A DNA stretch of 64,000 bases from an uncultured Alphaproteobacteria bacterium (lineage in GTDB: Bacteria > Pseudomonadota > Alphaproteobacteria > ATCC43930 > CGMCC-115725). Numbering within the stretch: the first letter of the stretch is position 1; each line of letters begins with the position of its first letter. Shown here one piece after another: positions 22,785 to 32,420 of this stretch. The translations under genes were made by a program, and so were the position numbers. The stretch is taken from the NCBI GenBank assembly GCA_963838385.1, contig CAWIRE010000006.1:556796-620795 (forward strand), in the 5' to 3' direction. The notes under the pieces are model-generated. The model saw nothing but the letters and a program-made list of their open reading frames with translations, did not search any database and was not told the DNA's origin.

Positions 22785-24374
22785 ATGTCGCCCTCCCCGA
22801 CGGCCCCGGCCGCGCCCCTGACCGCGGCCTCGCCCGCGGCCGGCAGTGCGACCGGCGCCCGGACGTGGCTCGGCTTCATCGCCATGAGCACCGGCATGCT
22901 GCTGGCGATCCTCGACATTCAGATCGTCGCCAGCTCGCTGCCCGACATCCAGGTCGGCCTCCATATTCCGCTCTGGCAGCTGAGCTGGGTTCAGACCGCT
23001 TATCTCACGGCCGAGATCGTCGCCATCCCGCTGACCGGCTGGCTGACGCGGCTGCTCTCGACGCGCGGCGCCTTCATCGTCGGGATCGCGGGCTTCACCC
23101 TCGCCAGCATCGCCTGCGCGTTCTCCACCGGCTTCTGGACGCTGGTGCCGGCGCGCGTGGTGCAGGGTTTCTGCGGCGGGCTGCTGATCCCGCTGGTGTT
23201 CTCGGCCATCTTCCTGATGTTCCCGCCGGCGGCCCGCGTGCGCGCCACGGTCGTCGCCGGCACCATGGCGATGCTGGCGCCGACGCTGGGGCCGACCGTC
23301 GGCGGCTTCATCACCGACACCTTCTCCTGGCATTGGCTGTTCCTGATCAACGTCGCGCCGGGCATCGCCGTGGCGCTGATCGTGGCCTGGACCGTCAAGG
23401 TCGACCGCGCCGATTGGCGCAGCGTCGGCTCGGTCGATCTCTGGGCCCTGCCGCTGCTGGCGGCGTTTCTCGGCAGCCTCGAGGTGCTGCTGACGGAGAT
23501 GCCGCATCGCGGCTGGCGCGATCCGGCGATGCTGGCGCTGCTCGGCCTGTGCCTTGCCGCCGGCGCCGGTACGACGCGCCGCTGCCTCACCCACCCGCAC
23601 CCGCTCATCGACCTCTCCTGCTTCCGCCAGCGCAATTTCGCGCTCGGGTCGGGATTGAGCTTCGCGCTCGGCGTCGGGCTCTATGGCGCCTGCTACCTCC
23701 TGCCCGTCTATCTCGGCGTCGTGCGCGATTACGAGGCCTTCGACATCGGCCTGATCATGATGGTGACCGGCGCGACGCAGCTCGCGGTGGCGCCGCTGGC
23801 GGCGCTGCTGGAGCGTCGTGTCGGCGCCGCGCCGCTGAGCCTGGTGGGCTTCCTGCTGCTCGCGGCCGGTCTCCTCGGCAACGGCTTCATGACCCCGGCG
23901 ACCGATTTCTGGGGCCTGTTCTGGCAGCAGGTGGCGCGCGGCGCCGCCGTCATGCTCTGCCTGCTGCCGAGCACGTCGCTGGCGCTGGAATGCTTCGCGC
24001 CCGCGGGCGTACCCAACGCCAGCGGCCTCTTCAACCTGATGCGCAATCTCGGCGGCGCCATCGGCCTCGCGCTCATCAACACCATCATCGAGCGCCGCGC
24101 GCCCGAGCATGTCCAGGCGCTGGTCGCGCGCCTCCAGGCCGGCGACGCGGCCGCGGCGCTGTTCGTGGGCTTGCCGACCGACCGCTTCAAGGGCGTGCCC
24201 CTCGGCCCGATCGACCAGCAGACGCGCGAGATGGTGGAACCGCTGGTGCGGCGCGCCGGGCTGGTCGCCGCCTTCAACGACGCGTGGCTGTTCATCGGCC
24301 TGCTGGTGCTGCTCTCGCTGCTGCTGCTGCCGCTGATCCGGCGGCAGGTCAGGCGCGGTCAGCAGGAGCCGTAG
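22785..24374 (+). CDS. MFS transporter, DHA2 (EmrB/QacA-like, 14-TM) drug-efflux family
   Basis: LGFIAMSTGMLLAILDIQIVASSLPDIQVGLHIPLWQLSWVQTAYLTAEIVAIPLTGWL is the typical DHA2 N-terminal motif, followed by many TM segments. Confidence 0.85.
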   Translation: MSPSPTAPAAPLTAASPAAGSATGARTWLGFIAMSTGMLLAILDIQIVASSLPDIQVGLHIPLWQLSWVQTAYLTAEIVAIPLTGWLTRLLSTRGAFIVGIAGFTLASIACAFSTGFWTLVPARVVQGFCGGLLIPLVFSAIFLMFPPAARVRATVVAGTMAMLAPTLGPTVGGFITDTFSWHWLFLINVAPGIAVALIVAWTVKVDRADWRSVGSVDLWALPLLAAFLGSLEVLLTEMPHRGWRDPAMLALLGLCLAAGAGTTRRCLTHPHPLIDLSCFRQRNFALGSGLSFALGVGLYGACYLLPVYLGVVRDYEAFDIGLIMMVTGATQLAVAPLAALLERRVGAAPLSLVGFLLLAAGLLGNGFMTPATDFWGLFWQQVARGAAVMLCLLPSTSLALECFAPAGVPNASGLFNLMRNLGGAIGLALINTIIERRAPEHVQALVARLQAGDAAAALFVGLPTDRFKGVPLGPIDQQTREMVEPLVRRAGLVAAFNDAWLFIGLLVLLSLLLLPLIRRQVRRGQQEP

Positions 24375-24817
24375 CCGCTATCCGCCCGCGTCCAGGTCTG
24401 CGTCTGGCCGAAGAAGGGATCGACGAGATAGCCGCGCAGGTCCAGCTTGTTGCCGTCGAGCGTGAACTGCGCCTGATAGGTCTTGCCGGCGTCGGGATCA
24501 TAGATCCAGCCGCCATCCCATTGGTCGGGCTTGGCCTGGTGGAAATCGCCGAGCATGACGAGGCCGCAGAGCGGCCGGTGCCGGAGCGCGGGATCGGGAT
24601 TGTTCTCGTCCACCGCCGGCGCGCCGTGGCGCAGCGGCTCGATCATCCAGACGAGCTTGCCGCAGACCTTGTCGGCGCAGCGATAGATGTCGATCACGCC
24701 GCGCTTGGATTCGCTGACCCAGCGCCCGAGCGGCGTGCCGGGCGCCGTGTCCTGGGCCGCGGCGACCGGCCCGAAGGCGACGCCGACGAGAACCAGGCAG
24801 GCGGCAAGGCGATGCAT
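24359..24817 (-). CDS. DUF2147-domain secreted protein
   Basis: Signal peptide MHRLAACLVLVGVAFGPVAAAQD. GRWVSESKRGVIDIYRCADKVCGKLVW ... WDGGWIYDPDAGKTYQAQFTLDGNKLDLRGY matches DUF2147. GGAGG RBS before ATG 24817. Confidence 0.8.
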   Translation of the reverse strand: MHRLAACLVLVGVAFGPVAAAQDTAPGTPLGRWVSESKRGVIDIYRCADKVCGKLVWMIEPLRHGAPAVDENNPDPALRHRPLCGLVMLGDFHQAKPDQWDGGWIYDPDAGKTYQAQFTLDGNKLDLRGYLVDPFFGQTQTWTRADSGYGSC

Positions 24818-24947
24818 GCGGACCTCCGCTGTCTCCACTTGGACGAACGGGCAAGACGATTTACAACCGGATTTGGTATGTCAAGCGGCGCGCCGCCTTG
24901 CAGCACCCTCCTTCGCCTTGTATGCCTAGCGCCCGGCCGATCCCGCC

Positions 24948-25343
24948 ATGAACCTTCTGCTCACCTATCTCGTCATTGCCATCGGCAGCGCTTTGGGCGG
25001 CCTCGCCCGTTACGGCTGCGGCTTGCTGGCGGTGGCGGCGTGGGGCCCGTCCTTTCCCTGGAGCACCATCCTCATCAATCTCGGCGGCTCCTTCGTCATC
25101 GGCGGCTTCGCCACCCTCACCGGCCCGAATGGCCGCCTCTATGTCGGCCCGCTCGGCCGGCAATTCGTGATGGTGGGAGTGTGCGGCGGCTACACCACCT
25201 TCTCCGCCTTCAGCCTGGAGACGCTGGCCCTCGTGCAGCACGGCCGCCCGCTCGCGGCGCTCGCTTATCTGGCGCTCACCCTGGCGCTCGGCCTCGCCGG
25301 CGTGTGGGTCGCCGACGAGATTGCGCGGAAGGTTAATGAATGA
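24948..25343 (+). CDS. crcB: Fluoride channel CrcB/FluC, copy 1
   Basis: IGSALGGLARYGCG ... INLGGSFVIGG ... GGYTTFSAFSLET are the CrcB hallmarks. Confidence 0.85.
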   Translation: MNLLLTYLVIAIGSALGGLARYGCGLLAVAAWGPSFPWSTILINLGGSFVIGGFATLTGPNGRLYVGPLGRQFVMVGVCGGYTTFSAFSLETLALVQHGRPLAALAYLALTLALGLAGVWVADEIARKVNE

Positions 25344-25803
25344 TCGCAGTAAGATCAGACAAGTTCATGATCATGCGGTATTGTTGCGCGAGATACCGCC
25401 GGGACGGCGCGGCGTGACAGGCTCGCTCTGGGTGCTGTTGGGCAGCGCGCTCGGCGGCATGGGGCGCTATGCTCTGTCCGGCTTCATCGCCCGCCGCATC
25501 GGCGAGGTCTTTCCCTGGGGCACGTTGCTGGTGAACATCAGCGGCGCCTTCGTCATCGGCATCGCCGCCGGCGCGGTCGCGCCCGGCGGCGCGCTGCCCG
25601 GCGACCCGACGGTGCGGCAACTGGTGATGACCGGGCTCTGCGGCGGCTTCACGACCTTTTCCTCGTTCAGCCTGAACACGCTCAACCTGGCGCGCGCCGG
25701 CGATCGCGGACGCGCGCTCGCCAACATCGTCGCCTCGGTGGCGCTCTGCTTCCTTGCCGTCTGGGCGGGATACGCCCTCGGCACGCTTCTTCCCGGAGGA
25801 TGA
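25336..25803 (+). CDS. crcB: Fluoride channel CrcB/FluC, copy 2
   Basis: GSALGGMGRYALSG ... VNISGAFVIG ... GGFTTFSSFSLNT. ATG 25336 (GGAAGG RBS) overlaps the copy 1 stop. GTG 25414 is an alternative shorter start. Confidence 0.8.
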   Translation: MNDRSKIRQVHDHAVLLREIPPGRRGVTGSLWVLLGSALGGMGRYALSGFIARRIGEVFPWGTLLVNISGAFVIGIAAGAVAPGGALPGDPTVRQLVMTGLCGGFTTFSSFSLNTLNLARAGDRGRALANIVASVALCFLAVWAGYALGTLLPGG

Positions 25804-25807
25804 TCCC

Positions 25808-26149
25808 ATGAAAATTCCCCGCGATGCCATGCTGCTGCGCATCTTCATCGGCGAGGACGACCGCTACGAGCATCTGGCGCTCTTCGAGGCGATCGTGCTC
25901 AAGGCGCGCGAGCAGCATCTCGCCGGCGCCACCGTGCTGCGCGGACCGATGGGCTTCGGCCTCTCCAGCCGGCTGCACACCGCCAAGGTGATGCGGCTGT
26001 CCGAGGATCTGCCGGTGGTCGTCGAGATCGTCGACAGCGAGGACAAGATCGACGCCTTCCTGCCGCTGCTCGATGGCATGATCGGCAGCGGCCTCGTCAC
26101 CCTGGAGAAGGTGAAGGTGCTGCAATACGGCAAGGACAAATCGCCCTGA
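25808..26149 (+). CDS. DUF190-family protein (commonly linked to crcB)
   Basis: MKIPRDAMLLRIFIGEDDRYEHLALFEAIVLKAREQHLAGATVLRGPMGFG ... PVVVEIVDSEDKIDAFLPLL fits the DUF190 pattern. Confidence 0.75.
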   Translation: MKIPRDAMLLRIFIGEDDRYEHLALFEAIVLKAREQHLAGATVLRGPMGFGLSSRLHTAKVMRLSEDLPVVVEIVDSEDKIDAFLPLLDGMIGSGLVTLEKVKVLQYGKDKSP

Positions 26150-26172
26150 GCGGGGCAAGCGGAGACATCGTC

Positions 26173-26715
26173 ATGGACATCGACAGGATCGCGATCGGCC
26201 GCAACCCGCCGGAGGAGGTCAACGTCGTCATCGAGATCCCGCAGGGCGGCCCGCCGGTCAAATACGAGATCGACAAGGCGTCGGGCGCGCTGCTGGTCGA
26301 CCGCTTCCTGCACACGGCGATGTTCTATCCCGCCAATTACGGCTTCGTGCCGCATACGCTCTCGGCCGACGGCGATCCCGTCGACGTGCTGGTGGTGGCG
26401 CAGGTGGCGGTGGTGCCGGGCGCGGTGATCCGCTCGCGCCCGGTCGGCGCGCTGCTGATGGAGGATGAGAGCGGCGGCGACGAGAAGATCCTGGCCGTGC
26501 CGGTCGACGAGCTCCACCCCTTCTATCGCGGCGTGCGCAGCTATCGCGACCTGCCGCCGCTGCTGTGCGAGCAGATCACGCATTTCTTCCGCCACTACAA
26601 GGACCTCGAGCCCGGCAAATGGGTCAAGGTGACGCGCTGGGCCGACGCCGACGAGGCCAAGGCGATGCTCCAGGCCGGCATCGACCGCGCCCGCCAGGAG
26701 ACCGCCAAGCCATGA
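26173..26715 (+). CDS. ppa: Inorganic pyrophosphatase (family I)
   Basis: VNVVIEIPQGGPPVKYEIDKASGALLVDRFLHTAMFYPANYGFVPHTLSADGDPVDVLVV is the canonical family I PPase core. Confidence 0.92.
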   Translation: MDIDRIAIGRNPPEEVNVVIEIPQGGPPVKYEIDKASGALLVDRFLHTAMFYPANYGFVPHTLSADGDPVDVLVVAQVAVVPGAVIRSRPVGALLMEDESGGDEKILAVPVDELHPFYRGVRSYRDLPPLLCEQITHFFRHYKDLEPGKWVKVTRWADADEAKAMLQAGIDRARQETAKP

Positions 26716-27518
26716 GCGCCGCCCCCGATCTCGCGCGCCTTCTCGACATCATGGCGCGGCTGCGCGATCCCGAGCGCGGCTGCCCCTGGGACCGTGCGCA
26801 AAGCTTCGCCACCATCGCGCCCTACACCATCGAGGAGGCCTATGAGGTGGCCGAGGCCGGCGAGCGCGGCGACCCGGTCGCGCTCAAGGACGAGCTCGGC
26901 GATCTCCTCTTCCAGGTCGTGTTCCATGCCCGCATGGCCGAGGAGGCGCGGCTCTTCGCCTTCAACGACGTGGCGCGCGCGATCGCCGACAAGATGCTGC
27001 GGCGCCATCCGCATGTCTTCGGCGACGCGGTGATCGCCGACGAGGCGGCGCAGACCGTGGCCTGGGAGGCACACAAGGCGGCCGAGCGCCGCGCCAAGGC
27101 TGCGGCCGACGGCGTGGCCGAGAGCGCGCTCGACGGCGTCGGCACGGCGCTCCCCGCCCTCACCCGCGCCGAGAAGCTGCAGCGCCGCGCCGCACGCGTG
27201 GGCTTCGACTGGCCGGATCTGCCGCCGATCCTCGACAAGATCGCCGAGGAGATCGGCGAGGTGCGGGATGCGCTCGACACCGGCGAGCCCGCGCGCGTCG
27301 CCGACGAGATCGGCGATCTGCTCTTCGCCGTGGTCAATCTGGCGCGCCGCGCCGGGACCGATCCCGAGCAGGCGCTGCGCGGCGCCTGCCGCAAGTTCGA
27401 CCGCCGCTTCCGCCGCGTCGAGGCGCTGCTGGCCGAGACCGGCCGCGCGCCCGAAACCGCCGGCCTCGACGAGATGGAAGCGCAGTGGCAAAAGGCCAAG
27501 GCCGAGGAGAAGATGTAA
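26712..27518 (+). CDS. mazG: Nucleoside triphosphate pyrophosphohydrolase MazG
   Basis: LLDIMARLRDPERGCPWDRAQSFATIAPYTIEEAYEVAEA ... ELGDLLFQVVFHA, with a second repeat EIGDLLFAVVNLAR. ATGA overlap with the ppa stop. Confidence 0.88.
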   Translation: MSAAPDLARLLDIMARLRDPERGCPWDRAQSFATIAPYTIEEAYEVAEAGERGDPVALKDELGDLLFQVVFHARMAEEARLFAFNDVARAIADKMLRRHPHVFGDAVIADEAAQTVAWEAHKAAERRAKAAADGVAESALDGVGTALPALTRAEKLQRRAARVGFDWPDLPPILDKIAEEIGEVRDALDTGEPARVADEIGDLLFAVVNLARRAGTDPEQALRGACRKFDRRFRRVEALLAETGRAPETAGLDEMEAQWQKAKAEEKM

Positions 27519-27523
27519 GCCCC

Positions 27524-28516
27524 ATGTCGAAGCTCCGCCTGACGCTGGCCTGCTGGGATTACGACCGCACCCGCGCGCTCGCCGACGGCAGCGTCGCGCC
27601 CGACGGCATCGACCTCAACTATCTGACGCTGCCGGTGGAGGAGACCTTCTTCCGCATGCTGCGCCACCGCGAGTTCGACGTGGCCGAGATGTCGCTCTCG
27701 TCCTACGCCGTCTCGCTGCTGCGGCCCGACCCGGCCTTCATCGCCATCCCCGTCTTTCCCTCGCGCATGTTCCGCCATTCTTGCATCTTCGTCTCGGCGA
27801 AGAGCGGCATCGCCGAGCCGGCGCAGCTCGCCGGCAAGCGCATCGGCACGCCGGAATACCAGATGACGGCGCCGGTCTGGATCCGCGGCATCCTCCAGGA
27901 CGAGCACGGCGTCGATCCCGCGAGCTGCACCTATGTCACCGGCGGCGAGGAGGAGCCCGGGCGCGACGAGAAGCTGAAGCTCGATCTGCCGGCGAAGTTC
28001 CGCATCGCGCCGCTGGGCCCGCAGCAGACGCTCGCCGCCATGATCGCTTCGGGCGAGATCGATGCGCTGCATACCGCGCGCGCGCCCTCGACCTACCGCA
28101 CGCAGCCCGGCGCCGTGCGCCGCCTGTTCGAGAATTACGTCGAGATCGAGCGCGCCTATTTCCGCAAGACGCGCATCTTCCCCATCATGCACACCGTGGT
28201 GCTCCGCCGCGACCTCTATCGCCAGCAGCCCTGGATCGCCCAGTCGCTGCAGAAGGCCTTCCTCCAGGCGCAACGCAAGACCTATGACGACCTCGCCATC
28301 AGCGCCGCGCTCAAGACCATGCTGCCCTGGCAGATGGCGCATGTCGAAGAGGTCCGGCGCGAGCTGGGCGAGGATTGGTGGGCCTATGGGCTCGAGCCCA
28401 ACCGGCATGTGCTCGAGACCTTCCTGCGCTATCACCATGAGCAGGGCTTGTCCGGGCGCCGGCTGGTGCCGGAGGAGCTCTTCGCGCCCGAGGCGCTGGA
28501 GCGCTTCAAGATCTGA
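27524..28516 (+). CDS. PBP2-fold protein of the 4,5-dihydroxyphthalate-decarboxylase-like family
   Basis: MSKLRLTLACWDYDRTRALADGSVAPDGIDLNYLTLPVEETFFRMLRHREFDVAEMSLSSY is the N-terminal pattern I associate with this family. Function not certain. Confidence 0.55.
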   Translation: MSKLRLTLACWDYDRTRALADGSVAPDGIDLNYLTLPVEETFFRMLRHREFDVAEMSLSSYAVSLLRPDPAFIAIPVFPSRMFRHSCIFVSAKSGIAEPAQLAGKRIGTPEYQMTAPVWIRGILQDEHGVDPASCTYVTGGEEEPGRDEKLKLDLPAKFRIAPLGPQQTLAAMIASGEIDALHTARAPSTYRTQPGAVRRLFENYVEIERAYFRKTRIFPIMHTVVLRRDLYRQQPWIAQSLQKAFLQAQRKTYDDLAISAALKTMLPWQMAHVEEVRRELGEDWWAYGLEPNRHVLETFLRYHHEQGLSGRRLVPEELFAPEALERFKI

Positions 28517-28678
28517 GTCGAGAACCTCGCAAAAGCCTCAAACAGCTGCGATAAGCGCTTAAAATCCCCTGCGAAATTCCTGTCGCCGGTCGCCGGTTGC
28601 GAGATAATCCGCAGCCTCGGATCAGCGGGTTTCAGGCGAACGGCCGCAGCCCGCCTCCGGCCCCGGTGAGAGGGTGCG

Positions 28679-29572
28679 ATGCTCAGCAGCGAGAAGCGGG
28701 CGAACGTCACGTCGGTCCCGCGCGGCGGCAAGGAGAGCGAAGCGGAGGAGCCGGCGCCGGCGGCCTCGCTCGTGGCCCTGCCGCGCGGCGGCGCCCGGCA
28801 GCGGCTGCTGGCATCGATGGGCGAGGCCGGGACCGCCGAGAGAGACTCTGCGGACGAGCCGCTTGCGGCCGAGGCGAGCGCGGGCGGCGGGTCCGTGCTG
28901 GTCAGCAAGGGCGATGCCTCCGCCTCGGGCTTCCGCCCGTGGTACTGGTCCTACGAGCGCGACGGGGCTCCGCCGGTGAGCGACAGCGCGGTCTCGGTGA
29001 CGCCGTTCCCGGCCAGCGCGCCGTCACCGGTCAGCCCCCCTGACCCCGTCAGCGCGCCGGCCACATCGCAAAAGCCTGGACGGCGCGCCGTGCGGCCGGG
29101 GCTGGTCGCCGGCTGCGCGGCGCTGGCGCTGATCGCCGGCGCCGGCATTGCCGCCCTGCACCGCCTGCCGCCGCCCGCCGCGGCACCGCCGGCGTTGGCG
29201 ATCGCCGCGCCGCCGCCGGCGGCGCCTGCCGTCGTCAGCGCGCCGGCCAAGCCCGTCGCGGCGGCCGAGCCGGCACCCACGATCTCGCAGCCGGAGATGG
29301 ACGAGCTGATGGCGCGCGGCCGGCAGATGCTCGCCACCGGCGACATCGTCGCGGCGCGGCTGTTCTTCGAGCGCGCCGCCGAGGCCGGCAACGCCGCCGC
29401 CGCCGCCGAGGCGGGCAAGACCTACGATCCGCTCTTTCTCGCCGAGGCCCGGGCGCGCGGCATCCGCGGCGATCCCGTCGCCGCGGCGCGCTGGTATCGC
29501 CAGGCGAGCGCCGGCGGCGACCGCGAGGCCGACGGGCTGATGCAGCGGCTGATGGCCCGATACGCCGGGTGA
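28679..29572 (+). CDS. Sel1/TPR-repeat protein with a TM segment
   Basis: C-terminus MLATGDIVAARLFFERAAEAGNAAAAAEAGKTYDP...GDPVAAARWYRQASAGGDREA forms Sel1-like repeats. TM segment LVAGCAALALIAGAGIAAL. Confidence 0.65.
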   Translation: MLSSEKRANVTSVPRGGKESEAEEPAPAASLVALPRGGARQRLLASMGEAGTAERDSADEPLAAEASAGGGSVLVSKGDASASGFRPWYWSYERDGAPPVSDSAVSVTPFPASAPSPVSPPDPVSAPATSQKPGRRAVRPGLVAGCAALALIAGAGIAALHRLPPPAAAPPALAIAAPPPAAPAVVSAPAKPVAAAEPAPTISQPEMDELMARGRQMLATGDIVAARLFFERAAEAGNAAAAAEAGKTYDPLFLAEARARGIRGDPVAAARWYRQASAGGDREADGLMQRLMARYAG

Positions 29573-29606
29573 GACCGCCCGGCTCGATGTCCAAGGGGTG
29601 ACCGGC

Positions 29607-30734
29607 ATGAGCGTCCGCGCAACCGATCTACGCCGCCTGCTCGCCGCCGCCGTGGCGGCGCTGGCGCTGGCGCTGCCGGCCAGCGGCGCCGGCGCCGCCG
29701 ATGCGCTGGCCGAGCGCGCCAATCGCGGCCTCGTCGAGATCATCGCCGGCAGCGCCGGCGACAGCTCGCTGCGCATGGTCGAGGATCTCGCCGAGGTGCT
29801 CGACGACGGCGCGACGCGGCGCGTGCTGCCGGTGGTCGGCAAGGGCGCGTTCCAGAACCTCGCCGATCTCCGGGTGCTGCGCGGCGTCGACCTCGCCATC
29901 GTCCAGACCGACGTGCTGGACCAGGCCCGCGCGCAGAAGCTCTCGCCCACTATCGACGGCGTCACCTACATCGCCAAGCTCGGCAACGACGAGTTCCACC
30001 TGCTGGCGCGCGGCGATATCGCCAGCATCGGCGATCTCGCCGGCAAGAAGGTGAATTTCGGCACGCCCAGCGACGGCGCCGCCTTCACCGGTCCGCGGCT
30101 CTTCGATCTCCTCGGCATCCAGGTCGAGCCGACCGGCTTCGGCCAGGCGCTGGCGCTGGAGAAGCTGCGGCGCGGCGAGATCGCGGCGATGGCGGTGGTG
30201 GTGGGCAAGCCCGCGCCGCTCTTCGCCGCGGTGCGGCCGCAGGATCATCTGCATTTCCTCGCCGTGCCGCTGAAGGGCGGCCTCGCCGCCGCCTACCTGC
30301 CGGCGCGGCTCGGCAGCGAGGAATATCCCGACCTCGTGCCGCCGGGCGGCGGGGTCGACACGGTCGCCGTCGGCACCGTGCTGGTCGTCGCCGGCCTTTC
30401 TCCCGAGACCGAGCGCTATCGCAACGTGGCGAATTTCGTCGAGGCCTTTTTCACTCAGTTTCCCAAGCTGCTCGAGGCGCCGCATCATCCGAAATGGCAG
30501 GAAGTGAACCTCGCGGCCGAGGTGCCGCACTGGCGTCGCTTCGCCCCGGCCGAGGCCTGGATCAAGCGCAACGGCAGCGCGCCGGCCGCCTTCAGCGAGG
30601 ATCAGCTGCGCGACATCTTCACCCGCTTCCTCGACGAGCGCAGCAAGGCGAGCGGACGGGAGACGCTGACCGCCGAGCAGAAGGACCAGCTCTACGACCA
30701 GTTCCGCCAGTGGCAGGGCGAGCATCGGAACTGA
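29607..30734 (+). CDS. Periplasmic solute-binding protein (PBP2 fold, TAXI/NMT1-like)
   Basis: Signal peptide LLAAAVAALALALPASGAGAAD. LVEIIAGSAGDSSLRMVEDLAEVL ... GKKVNFGTPSDGAAFTGPRLFDLLGI. Family assignment is tentative. Confidence 0.5.
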   Translation: MSVRATDLRRLLAAAVAALALALPASGAGAADALAERANRGLVEIIAGSAGDSSLRMVEDLAEVLDDGATRRVLPVVGKGAFQNLADLRVLRGVDLAIVQTDVLDQARAQKLSPTIDGVTYIAKLGNDEFHLLARGDIASIGDLAGKKVNFGTPSDGAAFTGPRLFDLLGIQVEPTGFGQALALEKLRRGEIAAMAVVVGKPAPLFAAVRPQDHLHFLAVPLKGGLAAAYLPARLGSEEYPDLVPPGGGVDTVAVGTVLVVAGLSPETERYRNVANFVEAFFTQFPKLLEAPHHPKWQEVNLAAEVPHWRRFAPAEAWIKRNGSAPAAFSEDQLRDIFTRFLDERSKASGRETLTAEQKDQLYDQFRQWQGEHRN

Positions 30735-30761
30735 GCCCGGCGCGGCAGCAAGGAGGACCCG

Positions 30762-32420
30762 GTGTTCCAGCGCTCCCGTTTCCGTCGGCGGCGATCCGGC
30801 GTGATGCTGCGGTCGGGCCTGTTTCTGGCCGCCGCCGCTCTCGCCGTGCTGGCGCCGCTCGCCGCTGCGGCCGAGCCGCAGCCCCGGCGCGGCGGCGTGC
30901 TCGACTTCGCGGTCGATGCCGAGCCCGGCAATTATGACTGCCACGCCAACGTCTCCTTCGCCTTCCTGCATCCGGTGGCGCCGCATTACTCGACCCTGCT
31001 CAAATTCGACGGCGTGGCCTATCCGCAGGTGACCGGCGATCTTGCCGAAAGCTGGAGCGTCTCGGCCGACAAGCTCACCTATACCTTCAAGCTGCGCCCC
31101 AACGTGCTGTTCCATGACGGCAGCCGCCTCAGCTCGGCCGACGTCAAGGCGAGCTACGAGCGCATCGCCCACCCGCCCGAGGGCGTGGTCTCGGCGCGGC
31201 AGGTCTATTACGCCGCCATCGACCGCATCGAGACGCCGGACCCGCAGACGGTCGTCTTCCACCTGCGCTGGCCCGAGGCGGCGATGCTGGCGAATTTCGC
31301 CTCGCCCTGGAACTGCATCTACAGCGCGACCAAGCTCAAGGAGGACCCGCTCTTCCCCCAGACCCACATCCTCGGCACCGGCGCCTTCCGCTTCGTCGAG
31401 CACGTCAAGGGCGACCATTGGACCGGGAAGCGCTTCGATAAGTACTTCCTTCCCGGCCGGCCCTATCTCGACGGCTACGTCGCGCATTTCATGTCCGGCG
31501 CCAAGGTGATCGACGGGCTGGAGAAAGGCGCGGTGCAGGCCGAGTTCCGCAGCGTCACCCCGGCCGAGCGCGACCAGCTCGCCGCGGCGATGGGCGACAA
31601 GGCCTATCTCGGCGAGACCCCCTGGCTGATCGATCTCATGGTGGTGTTCAACACGCAGAAGCCGCCCTTCGACGACGCCCGCGTGCGCCGCGCGCTCTCG
31701 CTCGCCATCGACCGCTGGCAGGCGGCGGAGAGCCTGCAGGCCACCACCTTCCTCAAATTCGTCGGCGGCGTGCTGCGGCCGGGCTTCGCCATGGCGACGC
31801 CGGAGAGCGAGCTCGAGGCGCTGCCGGGATTCGCGCGCGACATCGCGGCCGCGCGCGCCGAGGCGCGCCGCCTCCTGGCCGAGGCCGGGCGCAGCGGGCT
31901 GTCCTTCACCCTCACCAATCGCGACATCGCCATGCCCTACGGTCCCGCGGCGCAATACCTCATCGCCGCCTGGAAGGCGATCGGCGTCAGCGTCACGGAG
32001 CAGAAATTCAACACCCGGGACTGGGAGGCCGCGCTGCAGCATCACGGCTTTGCCGTGGCGCTCGATTTCGGCGGCGACTATGTCGACGACCCGACCTTGC
32101 AGCTCGCCAAATACGTCTCCGCCGATCTGTCGCCGAGCAATTTCTCCGGCTCGACCGACCGCTTCCTCGACGGCCTCTATGTCGGCCAGGCGGTGACCCC
32201 GGATCCGCGGGAGCGCGCGCGGATCGTGCGCGCCTTCGAGCGCCGTGCGCTCACCGAGGCCTATAGCGTGCCGTTCCTGTGGTGGAACCGCATCGTCGCC
32301 GCGTCCACCGCGATGAAGGGCTGGCACCTTACCCCCAGCCATTACCTCGAGCAGGATCTCGTCAACGTTCTGGCTCGACCGCTGAGCGGCTTGGGAAAGA
32401 AGCTCAAAGATTGCTCGTAA
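30762..32420 (+). CDS. ABC transporter substrate-binding protein, family 5 (peptide/nickel type)
   Basis: Signal peptide, then RRGGVLDFAVDAEPGNYDCH ... TYTFKLRPNVLFHDGSRLSSADVKASYERI is typical of the SBP_bac_5 N-terminal lobe. AAGGAGGA RBS before GTG 30762. Confidence 0.8.
   Translation: MFQRSRFRRRRSGVMLRSGLFLAAAALAVLAPLAAAAEPQPRRGGVLDFAVDAEPGNYDCHANVSFAFLHPVAPHYSTLLKFDGVAYPQVTGDLAESWSVSADKLTYTFKLRPNVLFHDGSRLSSADVKASYERIAHPPEGVVSARQVYYAAIDRIETPDPQTVVFHLRWPEAAMLANFASPWNCIYSATKLKEDPLFPQTHILGTGAFRFVEHVKGDHWTGKRFDKYFLPGRPYLDGYVAHFMSGAKVIDGLEKGAVQAEFRSVTPAERDQLAAAMGDKAYLGETPWLIDLMVVFNTQKPPFDDARVRRALSLAIDRWQAAESLQATTFLKFVGGVLRPGFAMATPESELEALPGFARDIAAARAEARRLLAEAGRSGLSFTLTNRDIAMPYGPAAQYLIAAWKAIGVSVTEQKFNTRDWEAALQHHGFAVALDFGGDYVDDPTLQLAKYVSADLSPSNFSGSTDRFLDGLYVGQAVTPDPRERARIVRAFERRALTEAYSVPFLWWNRIVAASTAMKGWHLTPSHYLEQDLVNVLARPLSGLGKKLKDCS

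Noticed and set aside
24839-24947. Possible fluoride (crcB-motif) riboswitch in the leader of the crcB pair.
   Set aside because: Only the 3' element resembles the consensus (cuuGUAUGCCUAgc against cuGAUGAUGCCUAC), with a possible GGUAU/AUGCC pseudoknot. I could not find the conserved GGCGAUGG...CGCC P1 helix or the AAACGCC segment. A covariance-model search is needed before any call.
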